Source: Trichosphaerium sp. ATCC 40318
Lineage: Eukaryota; Protista; Tubulinea
Direction: 5' to 3'
Length of the DNA stretch: 64,000 bases
Assembly: GCA_038496445.1 (NCBI GenBank)
Contig: JALMLS010000076.1
Span: forward strand, 1 to 64,000
The translations under genes and the position numbers were made by a program. The notes under the pieces are model-generated. The model had not been told where the DNA came from. It did not search any database and saw only the letters and a program-made list of their open reading frames with translations. This document shows, in pieces, positions 36,059 through 51,348 of the stretch; within the stretch, counting starts at the first letter, position 1; each line of letters starts with the position of its first letter.

Positions 36059-39000
36059 ATGTCAGAAACACCTATTAAAGTGCGATTTGCCATTGACAGA
36101 GGCGGTACATTTACAGATATTTTCGCAGAGGTTAGATACAGCGTAAATTCAGGCACTTACGCATATAATTTAGGTAGAGCAAGCTGATGGAACTACTAAG
36201 CCTGTAGTACATAAACTTCTATCAGAAGATCCTTCTAACTATCCGGATGCGCCTAGAGAAGGTATTGCGCGTATATTGCAGGAGGTATTAACTGTTTCCG
36301 CTTGCAACTCCCCCTTTTTCTAAACGAAAACCTTGCAGGTTACGAAAACGGAAATAGACAGGCGTAACGTACCTACAACAAACATTGAGTGGATTAGAAT
36401 GGGAACAACGGTAGCAACAAACGCTTTGCTTGAACGTCAAGGCAGACGCACTGCACTCATCACTACAAAGGGTTTTAAGGATTTATTGAGGATAGGTAAG
36501 CGAGTAGCTGTCAGACGTTTTTTTTGTTCAATCCGTTGAATGCTTCGTTCCGTGTTGCTTACTTTATGAGCTTGCAGGAAATCAAACAAGACCGCACATT
36601 TTTGATTTGGTAATCAAGAAGCCAGACCTTCTCTATGAGCGTGTTATTGAAGCAGATGAACGCCTCATTTTCCTTGGTAAAGAAAAGCCAAAAGATACAC
36701 AAGGTAATGATATTTTGTGGTTTTCATGTAGAGAAATATCCTCCAATATTTCTTTCGGCGTAAACTCTAAAACACCGCTAGGTGCACAATATAAAACCGT
36801 TTCAGAAAATATTGTTTGTATTCTCTTTGAGCCATACTATGCCAAATCAACCCTCTTTTGCTATATTTTTAAAGAATAATTTTTTGAGAAAACAAACCCT
36901 GCAGGAACTGGACAACGTAACCTCACGTGATTTTTTTTAGGTAGTTTAGTTCAAGGTACAACTAAGGATTACCTACTCGTCGAAAAATCGGTGGATATAG
37001 AGGCACTTCGTGCTCCACTACAAGTTCGTTATTTTACTATTTTTTTTGAGTTCACATAGTAACCCAACTTTACAGGAAGTATTGGATGCTGGTATCAAGA
37101 GTGTAGCTGTTGTTTTCATGCACGCATATACTTACGATAAACATGAATTGCTTGTTGGTGACCTGTGTAAGGATATGGGCTTTGAACATATTTCTACATC
37201 AGCTGCGTATGTTTTGTGTTTTTTTTTTCCTTTGTGTTTCTTACATCTGTTCAGTCTAATGCCAATGACAAAGATTGTACCACGTGGTCACACAGCTACA
37301 GTAGACGCATACCTAACGCCTCTTATAACTGATTACGTTGGTATGTTTTTGTAAGAGCGAAAGTTTTTACTGACAGTCCATTCATAGCAAGCTTCAAGGA
37401 AGGTTTCGATGAAAATATCGACAAAGTGGATATAAGTTTTATGAAGAGTGACGGCGGACTATGCCCAGCAGATAACTTTAATGGCTTTCGTTCAATTCTA
37501 TCAGGACCTGCAGGTATATAAATTAAGCACAGCCTATACAACTAACATAAGTAAGGTGGTGTTGTCGGTTACGCCATGACAACATACGACAAGAAAACAA
37601 AAAGACCTATTATTGGTTTTGACATGGTACTTTCTTTAATGTTTTTCAGCCTATCGCTCTTCTGTATTTTTACCATGCCACACTAATATTTATAAAAGGG
37701 TGGTACTTCTACTGATGTTTCTCGATATGCCGGTGAATATGAGCTTGTATATGAAACAGAAACAGCTGGTGTTACTATTCAGTCACCTCAGCTAGATATC
37801 GTCACTGTTGCAGCAGGTGGTGGTTCCAGACTGTTTTATAATGGTGGTATTATGCGCGTAGGTCCAGAAAGTGCCGGATCACACCCAGGTACACCGGTTT
37901 CGACATTGCTAGTTCTTTGGTTAACAATCGTTTAGGTCCTGTATGTTATCGTAAAAAAGGACATTTAGCTATCACAGATGCTAACTTAGTACTGGGTCGC
38001 ATTGACCCTGTTTACTTTCCTCACTTGTTTGGACCAAAGGAAGACCAACCTTTGGATCGCGAAGTACGTAGTTGAGAGCCTAAATTTAACTCACATTGTT
38101 GCTAGGCTTCTGAGAAAGCCATGAAAGAGCTTCAAGATTCTGTTAACGCTGGTCTTGATAAAGGTTCTCCTCAGTATTATGACACCTTTGAAAAGGTAGC
38201 ATATGGATACCTACAGATAGCGAACGAGGCAATGTGTAGACCAATTAGAAGTGTTACAGAAGCAAAAGGCTTCTCAGCAGTACGTCAGAAACTAGTGTCT
38301 TTTTATTTTTTCTAACTAACATGCTAAACAGGCTGACCATACTTTGGCTTGCTTCGGTGGAGCAGGGCCACAGCATGCATGTGCAATCGCTAGGAACTTA
38401 GGCAAGTCTCAATCGGTCACATAGTCATGTTGCTGAATGGAACTTTTAGGCATGAAGAAAGTTTTTGTTCATAGAGTATCGTCAATCCTGAGTGCACTTG
38501 GTATGGGCTTAGCTGATCGAGAAGAAGAAGCTAGGGTAATTAATTTATTTGATCTTTCTTTGTTCTCAGTGAGTATCTAGGAACCTTGTCAAGCAATCTA
38601 TAGCACTGAGGTCCTTAAGGACATTGAAGCTACATTAGATAAACTTCAAGAACAATGTGTTAAAAAGTTGATGGATCAAGGAATGACAAAAGACAAGATT
38701 GTAGTAAAGGTTTGTCCATCTTATTTTTCCTCGCGAAACATTAACGTTATAACATTGATTTGTCTTTAGAGATTTGCAAACCTTAGATACAAAGGTACTA
38801 ATAATAGCATAATGACAGAGAAACCAAAAGAAGGCGATTATATTGCTGCATTTAAAGATAACTACAAAAGAGAGTTTGGACTGGATATGGTTGTACGTTG
38901 TCCGACTAATAACGTTTTAATAATATTCTTCTCACATATCAGCACTATGCACGTGTACTTATCGAACGTTTAGAACCATTCTATTTGCGTTGACGATGTT

Positions 39001-41586
39001 ATGGTGAGGTGTCTTGGAAAGGCATCACAGCTGAGCAAGCAGAAGATTGAAGAAACTAAGAGTGAACCTAAACCTGTAAAACATAGAAAGGTTTACTTTG
39101 AAGTAAGCGCCACCATTTATTTTTCATATGTGATATTTACTGCAGTGAAGGGAGGATGGAATGAAAAAACTCCTGTGTACATTTTATCAGAATTACGCTA
39201 TAAGGATGTTATTAAAGGGCCTGCTTTGATTATTGATAAGAAGAGTTACTCAACAATCGTTCTAGAGAACGATTGTACTGCTACACTCACCGAAGATGGC
39301 AATATCTCAATTGATGTTAAACCAAGAAAACACATTGTTGCAGAGTACGTGACGAATGACAGGCTTTGAGAGATTCTTATTTTTTAAAGCACTGCTTGTG
39401 ATAAGATTCTTCTCGCTGTATTCTCTCATCGCTTCATGTCAATTGCAGAGCAAATGGGTAGGACGTTGCAACGTACATCAATATCTGTAAATATCAAGGA
39501 GAGATTAGATTTCAGTTGTGCTCTGTTTGGTGTACGTTATATCAACATTTTCTATTGGGATTAATTCGTCACATAGCCTAATGGAGGGCTTGTTGCTAAT
39601 GCCCCACATCTTCCAGTTCACTTGGGTGCTATGCAGGAAGCCGTTAAATTCCAAATCAAGCACCTTGGTGATAAATGGCGTGAAGGAGAAGTTTTAGTAT
39701 CAAACCACCCAGCAGCTGGAGGTAGTCACCTCCCTGATATAACAGTAATCACACCTGTGCGTGCTTTTGTTTATCATACCAACAACTTCATTAACTACGT
39801 CTTAGGTATGGAGTAATGGAAAGCCTGTTTTCTATGTTGCCAGCAGAGGACATCACGCTGATATTGGTGGTATACAACCAGGTATACACTCACCAATACT
39901 CAAGGTGTTTCTGACTAAAATACTTAGGTTCTATGCCTCCTTTCTCGACAACCTTAGACCAAGAAGGTGCAAGTATAAAATCCTTCAAACTTGTTCGCAG
40001 GGAGAATGGGAAAGATATCTTTCAGGAAAAAGGTATGATAGAATTGTTAGAAGCTCCAGGAAAGCTTGAAGGTTGTTCTGGTTCAAGGAGGATACCAGAC
40101 AACATTTGTGATTTGAGAGCGCAGGTAGGTTAAATACAAACAGCACTAGAACCCGATTGTTGATTTTCTCTTGTAGGTGGCTGCTAATAACAAGGGAATT
40201 GAGCTTGTACAAGAACTTATCAAGGAGTATACATTACCTATAGTACAAGCCTATATGGGCCATGGTACGTTATAAAACCAAACTTTTGTACTAAACAATA
40301 ATTAGTACAAAAAAGCGCTGAAGATGCTGTTCGTGAAATGCTTGTAAATATATCTTTGAAGCATGGATTGAAAGAAGTCGATACGCTACGTTCAGTCGAT
40401 TATATGGATGAAGGTATACCCAACTGAACGTTACTGGAGCCGTAATTTCTTTAATTTAGGTGCAAAAATACAGCTGGCTATCACCATAGACAGAAATGAG
40501 CGAACTGCATTCTTTGACTTTTCTGGAACTGATCCAGAGGTTCTTGGTAATGTAAACGCGCCAAAGGCAGTAACATACTCAGCTATAATTTATTGTTTGC
40601 GCTGTCTGGTACATACTTTTGAATTTTTTCTGCACCAACAAAACCCAAGGTCAAAAACTTCTTTCTGATCCCTCACATTCTTACTAAATTCTAATTACTA
40701 ATATCTATATAAGGTTACTGAAGAGATACCTTTGAACCAGGGATGTATGGTGCCTATTAAAACTCACATCCCGGAAGGATGTCTCCTTGCTCCAAGTGAG
40801 ACTGCCGCAGTTGTTGGTGGTATGATGACGCTATTTATATCTACTAGATTGTACTTAATGACTGTAGGTAATGTCCTAACATCACAACGTGTGACAGATG
40901 TTATTTTATCAGCATTTGGTGCATTGGCATGTTCTCAGGGTTGCATGAATAACTTCACTTTTGGTGGAGGTAACATTGCATACTATGAAACAATCGCTGG
41001 AGGCGCAGGTGCCGGGCCTAGTTGGTACACAATAATCTCATTTAATTGTCATTATATTATATTCTAATATTTTGAAGGCATGGACAAGACGCTGTACAAG
41101 TGCACATGACCAACACACGTATCACAGGTATGTTTTTATCTTTTTTTTTAGTCGCTCATTATTTTTGTAGACGCTGAAACCTTAGAGCTGAACTATCCTG
41201 TTATTCTCCGTGAGTTCTCTATTCGTCAAGGAAGTGGCGGAGACGGCGAATTTCATGGAGGTAATGGCGTAATACGTGAGGTAGAGTTTCAACAGGCCTT
41301 GGAAGTCGGTATTCTTTCTGAACGTAGATCCTTGGGTACTATTACTTCACTTAACTTTTTGACTTTCTGTTGTGTACAATCATTTTTTCTAACGTTTTAT
41401 TTAGCTCCGCCAGGCATAGAAGGCGGTGAGCACGGTGGTAGAGGAAAAAATATGCTTATTAAAAGCTGTGGTAAGGAAGTGATGGTCGGAGGAAAAAAAT
41501 CCTTTAAAGTTGTAAAAGGCGACCGTTTTCGCATAATGACACCGGGAGGCGGAGGTTACGGCAAGCCTACCAAAGACTGCAAATAA
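36059..41586 (+). CDS. OPLAH: 5-oxoprolinase (ATP-hydrolysing)
   Basis: [11 protein letters not shown]; [13 protein letters not shown]; GFDMGGTSTD; [11 protein letters not shown]; [13 protein letters not shown]; SQGCMNN; TPGGGGYG. Confidence 0.97.
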
Positions 41587-41828
41587 GACAATGCAGAATC
41601 TCAAATAAATTAACAAATTGAAAACAACACTGCGACAGTCATTAATTATAAAGTTCAACTTCATTCACAGGTTAATTGGAAAAAAAAAACTGAGTGAGAT
41701 TAAACATAAAAACAATAGATCTATTGTGAATCGCAAAGATAGCAACAAAACTCAAAAGAAAACTTTCACCTGGCTTGAGATTTTAAGCGAGATTGTGTTG
41801 GTTGGCTGTTGAAAAGCACTAAAGGGAG

Positions 41829-44173
41829 ATGAAGACAGTTTCTTTTCTTATTTCTGTTTGTTTGGTTACCACGTGCTTTTGTTTTCTTTTTGATGACTTT
41901 GGTAATGTACTGGACGCAACAATTCCGTCTGGAAATACTTTCATCATTTCAATAGATAACGGAGGACCTACAAGTACATTTGACTATTTTTTTTGTTTTG
42001 CTAACGCGTTTTTTTTTAAATAGTGTTTCGAACGCTTCTAAACGAACAGATTACGGGAGGAGCTCAGGGTAGTTGTATTAGTACCGGCACTGGATTTTCT
42101 GGTCAATCTACGACGGGTACAATAGCTTGCAGTTTAACATACAATGATCCTCCGACTCCTCTCATGGCCTTTGATCCTCCATTGGATATTCAAGCTGTCG
42201 AAAACTCGTGTGGTGCGTAAACGTATCTGTACAATCTTCAACAATGTTGATACCTTATACGTCGTTCATATAAATGGCATAATAGTAATTTTTGTCAAAC
42301 TAACTTTTCGCCTTTAGATTGCTGGTTGCTTCAAGATTTCGATACAGACGCTGCTGTCACCATAACTGCGGAGGCAGAGCGTGCAAGTGGACCAATGGAG
42401 ACATCATCAATAAATGTAGCGGCAGGAGGAGGTGCTTCACAAGTGTGTATACCATTTACCAACCCAGCAAATCATGATGATGTTACTGTTGCTAGCGTAA
42501 CCATCCCAACAACCGGCAGTTTTACCATGAGTAGATTCTGTTGCGCTACTACTGTAGCTTGCAGGTTAGAAAAGCAAACTGAGACTCTCTAACGCATTTT
42601 TGTAGACACTTTATTACAATGGCCACTCCTGGAATGGCGACTGTGGGTATGTGCATTGTAAAAAGAAAACTGCAGTTTATCATATGTGGTTTTTTTTTCC
42701 TTCATTAGGATTAATTCAGTTTCATTAGGAGAATCAATTACTATTAGTGTTGTTTGCGAGAATTATGCTCCAACAGACCAAGCGATAAGTATATCTTACC
42801 CATTCGCCGATGGATCTAAGTCTATGGGCATGTGCGACCAAGGAGCTGTAAGTCTTTTATTTATTAGTTTGGATTTTTGAGTTAAATCACGTGACGTGCT
42901 TTCTCGAGGAAACAAATTTTTTTTTGATATTGTTCAAAATGTCCAATCTTTCTTACGAGAATAGTTCGTCCCAACAGTTGATGCGACAGGATTAACAGTA
43001 CCAATGGGAATTCTACCGTCTGGAGCCAGCGTTACATGTTCCTTTATGGTCTTGTTAGACAGTAAGCCAATCTCTTTCTTCCCTAAATTCTTTTGAAAAA
43101 GACTCGTTGGTTGTTTTTTTTCATTGAAAATAGCGGCTACGACAATACCAGAGTCTCAAGCGATCATTACAAATGTTGGTTCGCTGACAATGTCTGTTAC
43201 AACAGAGAGTGTAACATCTACGTAAAACATGATGCCATTTTTTCTAAAGTACTAACAGAACATAGACTTGGTCTTGCAGAGCAATGTAACCCTCCACAAC
43301 CTAGTGCATCCTTCCAAGTAGCCCAAACACAAATGTTTGGGGATCCACATCTCGTAAGTACACGAATATTTTTTAACATCTCAAACTTTTTGTAAAGGTT
43401 GGATTCGCCGGCCAAAAGTTTGATTTCCATGGTCGCCCAGATGCGTTTTTTAATCTAATTACAACACCTTGGATGGTTGTAAACAGTCAATTTGTTGCAG
43501 CTGACCTTGTGTCTCCTAAAAAATTTAAGACTTACATTGGTGAGCTTGGAGTAAGGTAATAATAGTTCAGTTGCTCTGCATAAACTTATTGTTTCTAGGT
43601 TTAAGGAAGGTAATATTGAAGTTGAATGTCATCGTGCTTCAACTGGTGTTGAGACTAATGTGTACATTAACGGTAAAAACGTACCTCGTGGTACATCAGT
43701 AAACGTTGGCCAAGTACACATCAAAGTGTCTAACAGACCAAACAAGAGGTTCAACAAAACCTTTTTTGTTAAATTTCTCTGACATCTTTCTTTTCGCATA
43801 GAACTACTATTACCACGCCTATCATCAAAATGAGCGTTCGTTTCTCAAGCTCTAAACATTCAAGCTGCCACTTAAACCTCAGAACAAAAGCTCTATTTTC
43901 AATCCCAGATGAAGATATTCACGGTGTTCTAGGACAAACACACCATCCTGACAAGCACGCGATATCATTTAGTGTACTTAATAATCATTGATAACTAGGT
44001 ATGGTCTCTCTGGGGAAAATGACCAAGGATTAGGTGTCATTGACGGAACATGGCAAGATTACATAGTCGAAGATTTATTCGCTACAAAGTTTTTTTACGA
44101 TCTTTACCAAGATCGTGAATTTGATATTACTGTGCACACTGATGATCGTTTTCAATCTGCTCACGTTGTATAA
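41829..44173 (+). CDS. Secreted protein with an Ig/DUF11-like repeat and a C-terminal VWD-like domain
   Basis: Signal peptide; MFGDPHLVGFAGQKFDFHG; HGVLGQT; GVIDGTWQDYIVEDLF. Confidence 0.7.
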
Positions 44174-44448
44174 CACTATTTACTCATGGCTCAATGGGAT
44201 TTAAGGTGATCGTCCTTGAAAAAGAGTCGTAACAACGTATAATTGAATAAACTAGTTTTTTTTGGATACCAGTCCAGTAAATTTACCTTTCTATCATAAC
44301 ACGTGGTCTTGACTCCCAGTGCACCCTTTCAAAGTGAATGTTATTGTTGAAACGTATTTTTAGATTTTGGCACGTGAATGATCGAAATGTTGGCACGTTT
44401 TATTCAGAAAAAAGCGAGTTTTCTTGCGTTAATACTTTTATCCTAAAA

Positions 44449-45969
44449 ATGCAAGCACTGTTAAGATTAAATAACGTCATACCGAAATTAGGCGGAAAAT
44501 GGCATAAAGGTCAAATGGGACGGTACGTATTTATAATTTTAACTAAATTTTAGTTTGTTAGTATTAATAACGTGTCAGGGTTGCTGTGGTAGGTGGCTGC
44601 TTTGAATATACTGGTGCTCCGTACTACGCTGCTGTATCAGCTTTAAAATGTGTAAGATTGTTCTAAAAGCGACTGTTTTAACAAGGTGCCAAAGGGTGCA
44701 GATATTGCTTATGTATTTTGCACAAAAGACGCTGGCATTCCTATTAAATCGTATGCACCTGACGCAATAGTAATACCTATCCTACCCAACGGTCACGAGC
44801 TTGAAAAGAGGTATGTAAGCTTAAAACTTGTTAAACAACGCTAGTAACATCTTGTAGTGATATGCAAAGCGCAAGGGATAAAGTTTCTGCTAAACTGGAG
44901 ACCTGGTATGTCACAATCTTCAAAACAGTCTCGATTAAGACTCAATCAGGATTGGCGCCATCAAAGTCTTTGTCATGGGACCAGGGCTTGGCCGTTGTGA
45001 GTTTGTACAAGCGTGCACTGTTGATATTATAAAACGTGCGAGGCAGGCAGAGAAACCAATGGTTTTGGATGGGGTACCGCTAAACGTCTTTTTGTTTTCA
45101 GTTGTTTCAATTAAAAAAAAAGTTTTTCTTTGATTCATCTTCAAGTGCTAGGATGCTCTGTGGGCTGTAACAAATGACCCTAGTCTCATAACAGGTTATA
45201 CACAGAGTATACTTACGCCTAATATTAACGAATATGGGCGATTATATAAGAAGGTAATGAACATTGACATCAACTTTGATGACGAAAAAAACTTGGGTAC
45301 ACTTAAATAGTTAATCTCTTACTTTATTCAACTTTACAGGCAATAATGATACAGTTTTATTCATTTTGTTTTACTGATAATCTTATAGATCATCTTAGTG
45401 CATCTTGTGATCGTGTTAAAGCTCTAGCCAAGACGTGCATATAACTTTAAAAATTATGTGTACACTGATTACTTTTTTTTTGCAGAATGGGTAATGTTAC
45501 AATAGTCAGAAAAGGTGTTGTTGATATTATATCGAACGGTATAAATGTTGTTACATGTGATGCTAAAGGCTCTGACAGACGGTGCGGTGGTCAGGTACGC
45601 TCGAATGTTTTATCAATTTTCTGGTGCCAATGGGGTTTGTTTTGTTTAACTTTTGTTTAGGGAGATGTACTTGCAGGAACAATTGGTGTCTTTGCCAATT
45701 GGGCACATAACAAGCTAGCAAAGGCAAATAAAACTTATAAAGAAGAACGCGGAGAACCTACCATGATTGATGCTGCTTTTGGTGGATGTTATCTTACACG
45801 TGTATGTTCTAGAAAAGCTTTTGAAATACACAAAAGAGCCATGATGCCAGTAGATTTAATAGCACAAATCGGTACTAACAAAGCACTCACTGCTGTTGAG
45901 GTTATAATTAACTTGGTAGGGCCTTCTTTTACAGCTCTCGAGAAAGCCATAACGGAAACGCGGTTGTAA
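44449..45969 (+). CDS. NAXD: ATP-dependent NAD(P)H-hydrate dehydratase
   Basis: [24 protein letters not shown]; GPGLGR; LTPNINE; RRCGGQGDVLAG. Confidence 0.93.
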
Positions 45970-46171
45970 ATAAATGTGATTTGGGCTTTGTGTGATTGTC
46001 ATATAAAAATGCTTTGAGCAAACTGACGTGCAGTTATACCTTAAGTGTTAATAGGTACATTAGCCTACAGACAGTTTACGGTATCGATGACGGGTGCTTA
46101 AATATTCAATTCACATCAAGACAACATTGAAGTCATTTGTAGTACATTACAGATTACAGTTTTTTGACAAG

Positions 46172-48100
46172 TCACTTCGTAGGAGAAGATACACTGTGTA
46201 CTGTTGTTATATAGTTCATTTCTTCACCCACTTTTGTTTTAGTCATATGGAATGGAAAAACTTTCGATCTTGCTGGTTTGTAAAGCATTACAATAGCGCA
46301 TATTACTTGGCAAAGAATAAGTGGTAACGCCTTCTTTGTAGGACGAAAAATTGCATTGGTTTTTCATTCTTTTGAAGACAAGTTTTAAGTCGTGGGAACG
46401 TACATAAAGCTGAACCAATTACAGCTACGGTAGCAATGATCGGGAGTAAGGGTACTTTGGTTTTGCATGTGTCTGAGAAAACAGCAACCAACTTACCGTC
46501 TAGGTGTTATTGTTAATGCAAAAGGTAATTATTTTAGGCATTGATTGTTTTTTACCTTTTACTTGGCTATTTCCTGTGATACATTCACTATGTTTAGAGA
46601 AAGAGACACTAAGGGTGGCTAAATCACACGTTTCATCTTTACTTTGTACTAGGGTAGTAGTCGACTCTGTTTTTGGTACAAAGTCTACTCTCATTTGACC
46701 TAACAATTTTTTCAGGGAGAACTCTAAGAAATTTTACTCGAGAATTCGTCGTTTGTACCTGTGATGTTATGACATTTTTCAAGAATAATTGAAGAGTTCT
46801 CTTTGAATATAATTACCGAGGAGCTGCTGCTTGCCATTGGAGCTGTAAATGTATGATAAGAATCCTTGAGACAAAACAGAAACAAGTTCGCACTTTTCCA
46901 TATCATTTCATTTCCCAGTAAATTTATGTCTCCACTAAGTTCACCCTCGCAATAGAAAGTACCATCCTGGCATAAACACGAGCCTTTTTGCCAATCACAC
47001 TTAATTACATTCATGAGTAGTGGTATTCAATTGAAAACATGCGGTGGATGTCCCAAATGTTCATAATATTTCGTACTTGCGGAACAGTAGGTGATTCTGT
47101 AGGTGCTAAAAAAAGCTCAAGTTAACACTAATATCATACAGTACATGTACCAGTTGTGGGCTCTAAAGTTGGCTCTAAAGTTGGCACAACCGTTACTGGT
47201 GGGCCGGTACTTGGATTAGCAGTTGTAGGGAAACTTGTTGTAGGTTGTGCCGTGGGTTCTAAATTCTCGCATTGGTTAGGATCGCAACTAGAAACAGAGT
47301 CACTCTTAAGAAAATAACGAAAGTTACCTGTTACAGCCATTTTGGGTTGCATTGTAACCGAACATACAATCCCAAAAAATCTCCAATGTTATTTGCATTA
47401 ATTCCAATGGAGGTGATGGAGGTGCGGCAGTGTTTTTTATCAGCCACCCATTACTTTTAGTGGAGTTTTGAATATTTAGTACTCTCTCTTATTAAAAGTT
47501 ATAAAATGTACATTCCAAGTACCGTTCAAACGTTACTTACGAGTTACGTTTTCTGTGCGAGAAATATTGGATTGTACTAAGTAATCAGATCAACAATAAA
47601 AATGTACAATTTGGATTTGCACGTGATTCTTACCGAAATTTAACATCACGCTGTCTTCATCCCAATCCTTTAGCACATCATATATTTTGTAGTCAGCGCC
47701 ATAAAAGCCACTAAATTCTGCATATAATATATTTACATTACGCTGGAGACGGTAGTTGTCGTCTGAGCGTTACAAAGTCAATAAGTGCACACGCAAATAC
47801 TGGCAAAAAACGATTAAAGTTGAATATGTACCACCGTCACTGAAAATGTCGAATCTAAACAGCAAGAAGTCGTCGGGATACAAAATAAGATACCACGTGG
47901 ATACGAATCAACCTTGGTACAATTACGCCTGCGTAACAAATTACTGCATCCTCGCTACTGTATAGATACAGCGCGTGGTATTGTCCGTCTATTACAATAT
48001 GGTTATTTTATGTAAACATAAACTGTTGGTACAGTATAAACGTGCCCCATGCCCCAATTACAAGAACGCCAAATAACGTAAAAGGTAAAAAGCAATGCAT
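46172..48100 (-). CDS. Single-pass surface protein with a Pro/Thr stalk (possible DNRLRE/CBM96-like N-terminal domain)
   Basis: Signal-like MHCFLPFTLFGVLVIGAWG; LLFRFDIF; DWDEDSVM; EPTAQPTTSFPT repeats; TM LPIIATVAVIG...; the 5' end is approximate. Confidence 0.5.
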
Positions 48101-48770
48101 GCAGATTTGGAGTAAAAGTTTGTCCGTTTAGTCTTCAAACTTCCACTTAAACTACAATTTTATTCAAAATCTGATAGGATTGACAAATACTTGCCCTTAC
48201 CATCATTCTTGTCGACAATAGGAGTAGACATATTTAACGTATCAGTTGAAGCTTCAGTCTTGGCTGTCCTAAAATTTATGAAGTGAACAGAACGAGCATT
48301 TGATACAAGTGCTAAAACCAGTAATCTTAATCAAATTGTGTTTACCACTGAATACGGGGGTAACGTGACCTTTGGTGGAAAGGGTTGTGCGATCTTATGT
48401 TAATCTTAGTTGAGCTCGAATCAATCACTCAGTGTAGAGTAAAGTCTGAAAATTTTGTTTTACGACAGTGCTGATTCAAAAAAAAGGTTTAACATATACA
48501 ATAGTGTACACCATGGTGCAGCGGTTGCCTTTCTGTACGGCCATTTGCAGGCAGATCAGCTTTGCTTTACTGTACTGCTCTTTTAACACAGAGCAAAAGG
48601 TTTCCTACAATTTCAGAGGCTTAGTTGCATAATGGTACTCTGCTGGTGTTGTACCGTGAATAATGATGCTTTTTAGGTCAGTTTGAAGATTTAAATTCAT
48701 TGCACTGAACGAAACAGACGTGCAATAAAATAATTTGAAAGTAGATAACAAATTTTTGTTTATTATTAGA

Positions 48771-50931
48771 CTAGCTTTCTATAGGTGCTCTTTCAGGATC
48801 AAAAAAATATAATCCATTTAATAGCTCATTGAAACTTGGTTCAAGCACAATAAAGTCATTGGCTACAGCACGTGTTACATAGCATGTTATGGTAAAGAAG
48901 GATCCATCTTTGAGTATATAAGCAATATGCGGTGTGACATCATTGTCAGATGTTACTTTAATCAAAATACAAGGAAGTCCACTAACAGTCATGCTTTCTT
49001 TTGATATAATATGTTCTGGTTTTGTATCCTTCGTTTTATGAGTATATAGTTCTTCTATTGTAGTAACATCGACAGGTGTTTTTGCGAACGCAACAGTAAT
49101 AGGAAGGTCATAGTCCTAAACAAATTTCAAGTCAGTAAAAAAGTCTTTAAAAAAGCCAAAGGGTGATCGCTGTTACCAATATAGCGAAGAAATAATCGTA
49201 TTCAATGTGTATGAAAATATAAAAAAGTCAACGTGTACATGACATGTACGGGTTGCAATAGGTAAAGAATTTGGAAGATTTGTTTTATCTTCAAAATAAA
49301 AACTCAGGAATGTTGTAGCTGGTTGCTTACCCTGGCCTTTATTAAGTACATGCCCTGTACTGCACCTTGTATATTGAATATCTTAGCATCATAAACCAAT
49401 CCCCATCCAAACATGAGGGACTCAATAGCGTTCTGAGGCTTTAATCCACTGACAGTTTTCGGCTTTGAACTGAACATTGAGCTCAAAAACCCTTCTGGTT
49501 TTTCTTCATTCTTTTTTGGTGGGAGTGTAAACGACGCAATAACTCTATCAAATATCTAAACAACATTAATACATATTATACTAATCTTATAAAATGACTT
49601 TACCTTCTCATACTGAAGATCAAGCGGTGAAGCTAAGTCATGAGTCAATGTTAAGTTATAACACATTTCTCCATCAAGAATTAAGCAAGTATCTTGATAC
49701 TTGTCTTCAGTCTCGCAAACAGCGCGAGAAGATGTTAAATATTTACTCCCTGTTGGTCTCTCTGGTTTATCATCTTTCTTAACCTCTTGTGTTTCCGGTT
49801 TTGGCATCAACATATTCAAAATACCAAGTGATCCAGCGTCTCCTCCTTCATCGTTATCTGGTTTCTTTGTTTTACCTCTTGTAATATCTATACGTATTAC
49901 TAAATCATCTTCTCCTTCTACAGGTTCTACTGTTTGAAAAGACGCAATTGCACCAACTTTTTTGGGGTCCTTAAATGGAGTCCAAGATCTTGGAAAACGA
50001 AGAGATACACCTGTTTCTTCACATTCAAAAAAAACTGTAAGAAGCATGTTGATAAGCCTTGGACCTATATGTATAAATGAGTGCACTTCTGAGTAGGTAT
50101 AGAAGTATAATATTTTAAAAAAAACCAGGGAGGGAGTTTGTTACCAGGTTTAAATGAATCTAGCATTCGAACGAAAATTTTCTCATATTTCTCTTTTTGC
50201 GACTCTTCAAATAAACAAGCAAGTGAAAATCCAATAGAAGAATCTTGTACCTTTGTATAAAATTAGTTTCATCAAAACCTAAAGGAGTAGAAAAACAAGT
50301 CCATTTGGTTTTCAAAAAATTCAAAACATAAACTTGTCGTACAGCTAATACGCGCAAAGCGCGCCAATATGCAAGATCTTTATCTTCTCCTTCCTTGGGT
50401 TTCTCCATTGCCTTCAGGGTTCCTGCAGTCTCAGGCTAAGGTCATGTCAACATGACGAGCGAAAAACAAAACTTGTTGAAGGCGGCAAATATACCATCTC
50501 ACGTGACGTACGTATCTGAACATAAGTCGTTTTGCTGGTAGATTTGAGAGCATGCAATCGGATATGCTCAAACTTAGACTGCTGTCTGCCTGAGACACAG
50601 CGTTTTTGGTGAGATCCAAAAACTCATCAAGCGGTACTTTGCGATCAGGAAATTCTTCAACGGCAACCGTGAAACTCACGGTTGTATGAGGATTTTCTGG
50701 GCCTATTGAGTGGTTGTTTAGCAAATTCGCGCTCGTTGAGAGGTGTTACTATTGAGAATGGTAAAAACGTACTTGCTTCGAACGATAGCTTATCTCCTTT
50801 ACTTTCTGGAGGCTTAAAAGCTGCTTGTACGTGAGATAAATTGTCAATAGTCCTCCATGAGGGTGGATACTCCATAGACCATTTCCAAGCATCGCTGCGG
50901 TACTCCAGCCACTTTTCATCTGTTATTTGTC
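48771..50931 (-). CDS. Tandem PsbP/DcrB-like domain protein
   Basis: Repeated WSMEYPPSWR / VSLRFPRSWT starts and ending F..LL..L.F units. The start codon was not resolved. Confidence 0.5.
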
Positions 50932-51348
50932 TGAGTTTAACAATTTAATAACATACGACCATACCTGTACTACACAAGCGTATTTGGTACTGTGGACGCG
51001 TTTTAATTTTTGATAGGGTTAATTTTACACGACTCTTGTATAAAGTGCTAGGAACGTGGTCATGGTGAGCCTGAACCACAACTCTAGACGCTCTAGCGAG
51101 TGTAGATGCAGCAAACATCTTACAACACCAGCTGGTGTCAACTTAAATCAATTCTGTTCTGTGAAAACAACAAGTCAGTCGCCAATCACAACCATTGTGA
51201 AGTTACATCTCCTAGCAAGTAAGAATTTCTATCGATTACATGGAGAACTCTTAGTTACCAAACATGTCAAGAAGACGAGAAATAAAACAAAATGTCATTT
51301 TTTTTCTTTGAAATTATTGTACAATGTGTCAAAATGTGTCAGCCGAGT